DNA of 63,424 bases, the filler included, from Squatina squatina (lineage: Eukaryota): assembly GCA_031763465.1 (NCBI GenBank). It is 4 parts of 3 records of this genome, joined end to end, with 100 filler letters (N's around TTAATTAATTAA, not from the genome) between each part and the next. Parts side by side here need not be neighbours in the genome. Positions count along the whole stretch, not along the records: positions 48,064 to 63,424 come from JARFOE010000234.1; 3 more parts are not named here. One strand, written 5' to 3'. Positions 63,056-63,424 of the stretch are shown here, piece after piece (positions within the stretch are counted from its first letter, which is position 1; the number at the start of each line of letters is the position of its first letter). Both the position numbers and the translations under genes were made by a program. The notes under the pieces are model-generated. The model saw nothing but the letters and a program-made list of their open reading frames with translations. It did no database searches and was not told the DNA's origin.

Positions 63056-63424
63056 CTAGAATGGAGAAAGACAAAGCACACATTTGGTTAATTTGATTGC
63101 CGATAAGGAAAAATATAAATTTATATTGGATATCCACTGGATTATAAACTAAATCATGTTTTTATGTTTTTCACACTGCTCTGCACTTGCAAACTGTCGT
63201 CAAAAGGGAAAAGATGGTCACTATTCCAGTAAGTGGATCAGTGTGTGCTGTATTTTCTATGTTCTATGATCGGCAGTAGCATAGTTCAAGGAAGGTAACC
63301 AGATTTAACAATCTAGATTTTGTAAGCAGAAAGTACAGAATTCTGCTATATTAGTTACCAGGCTGAACAAAAATGTATAGAAGTGTGAATATTTAACATC
63401 TTTTACAATGGGCCTGAAATTGTG

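Noticed and set aside
48064-63424. PAM or PPIP5K2 as pseudogenes with lost exons
   Set aside because: All visible exons are intact with canonical splice sites, and the missing exons coincide with assembly gaps

Overview
This is vertebrate (very probably shark/cartilaginous-fish) nuclear DNA from a fragmented draft assembly, not a prokaryotic accessory region. The window is four unrelated scaffolds joined by artificial N44-TTAATTAATTAA-N44 linkers. Each scaffold is a chain of short contigs separated by fixed 100-N gaps that hide much more than 100 bp. Scaffold 1 (1-15260) carries a QKI KH-domain exon (-). Scaffold 2 (15361-31844) carries the 3' end of a contactin (CNTN3/CNTN4-like) followed by PDZRN3 PDZ1 exons (both -). 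Scaffold 3 (31945-47963) carries a TMEM161B exon (+) and gene-poor sequence. Scaffold 4 (48064-63424) carries seven PAM exons and four 5' PPIP5K2 coding exons (both -), with no visible GIN1 between them. The rest is CR1 and L2 LINE fragments, SINEs, Harbinger-like MITEs and a >2 kb 17-bp minisatellite. I found no convincing wholly new biological system. The best leads are a candidate QKI autoregulatory poison exon, a CNTN4-like protein at the CNTN3 syntenic position, the empty GIN1 site, and a MITE family with an apparent target preference. All orthologue comparisons are from recalled mammalian sequences, not database searches.
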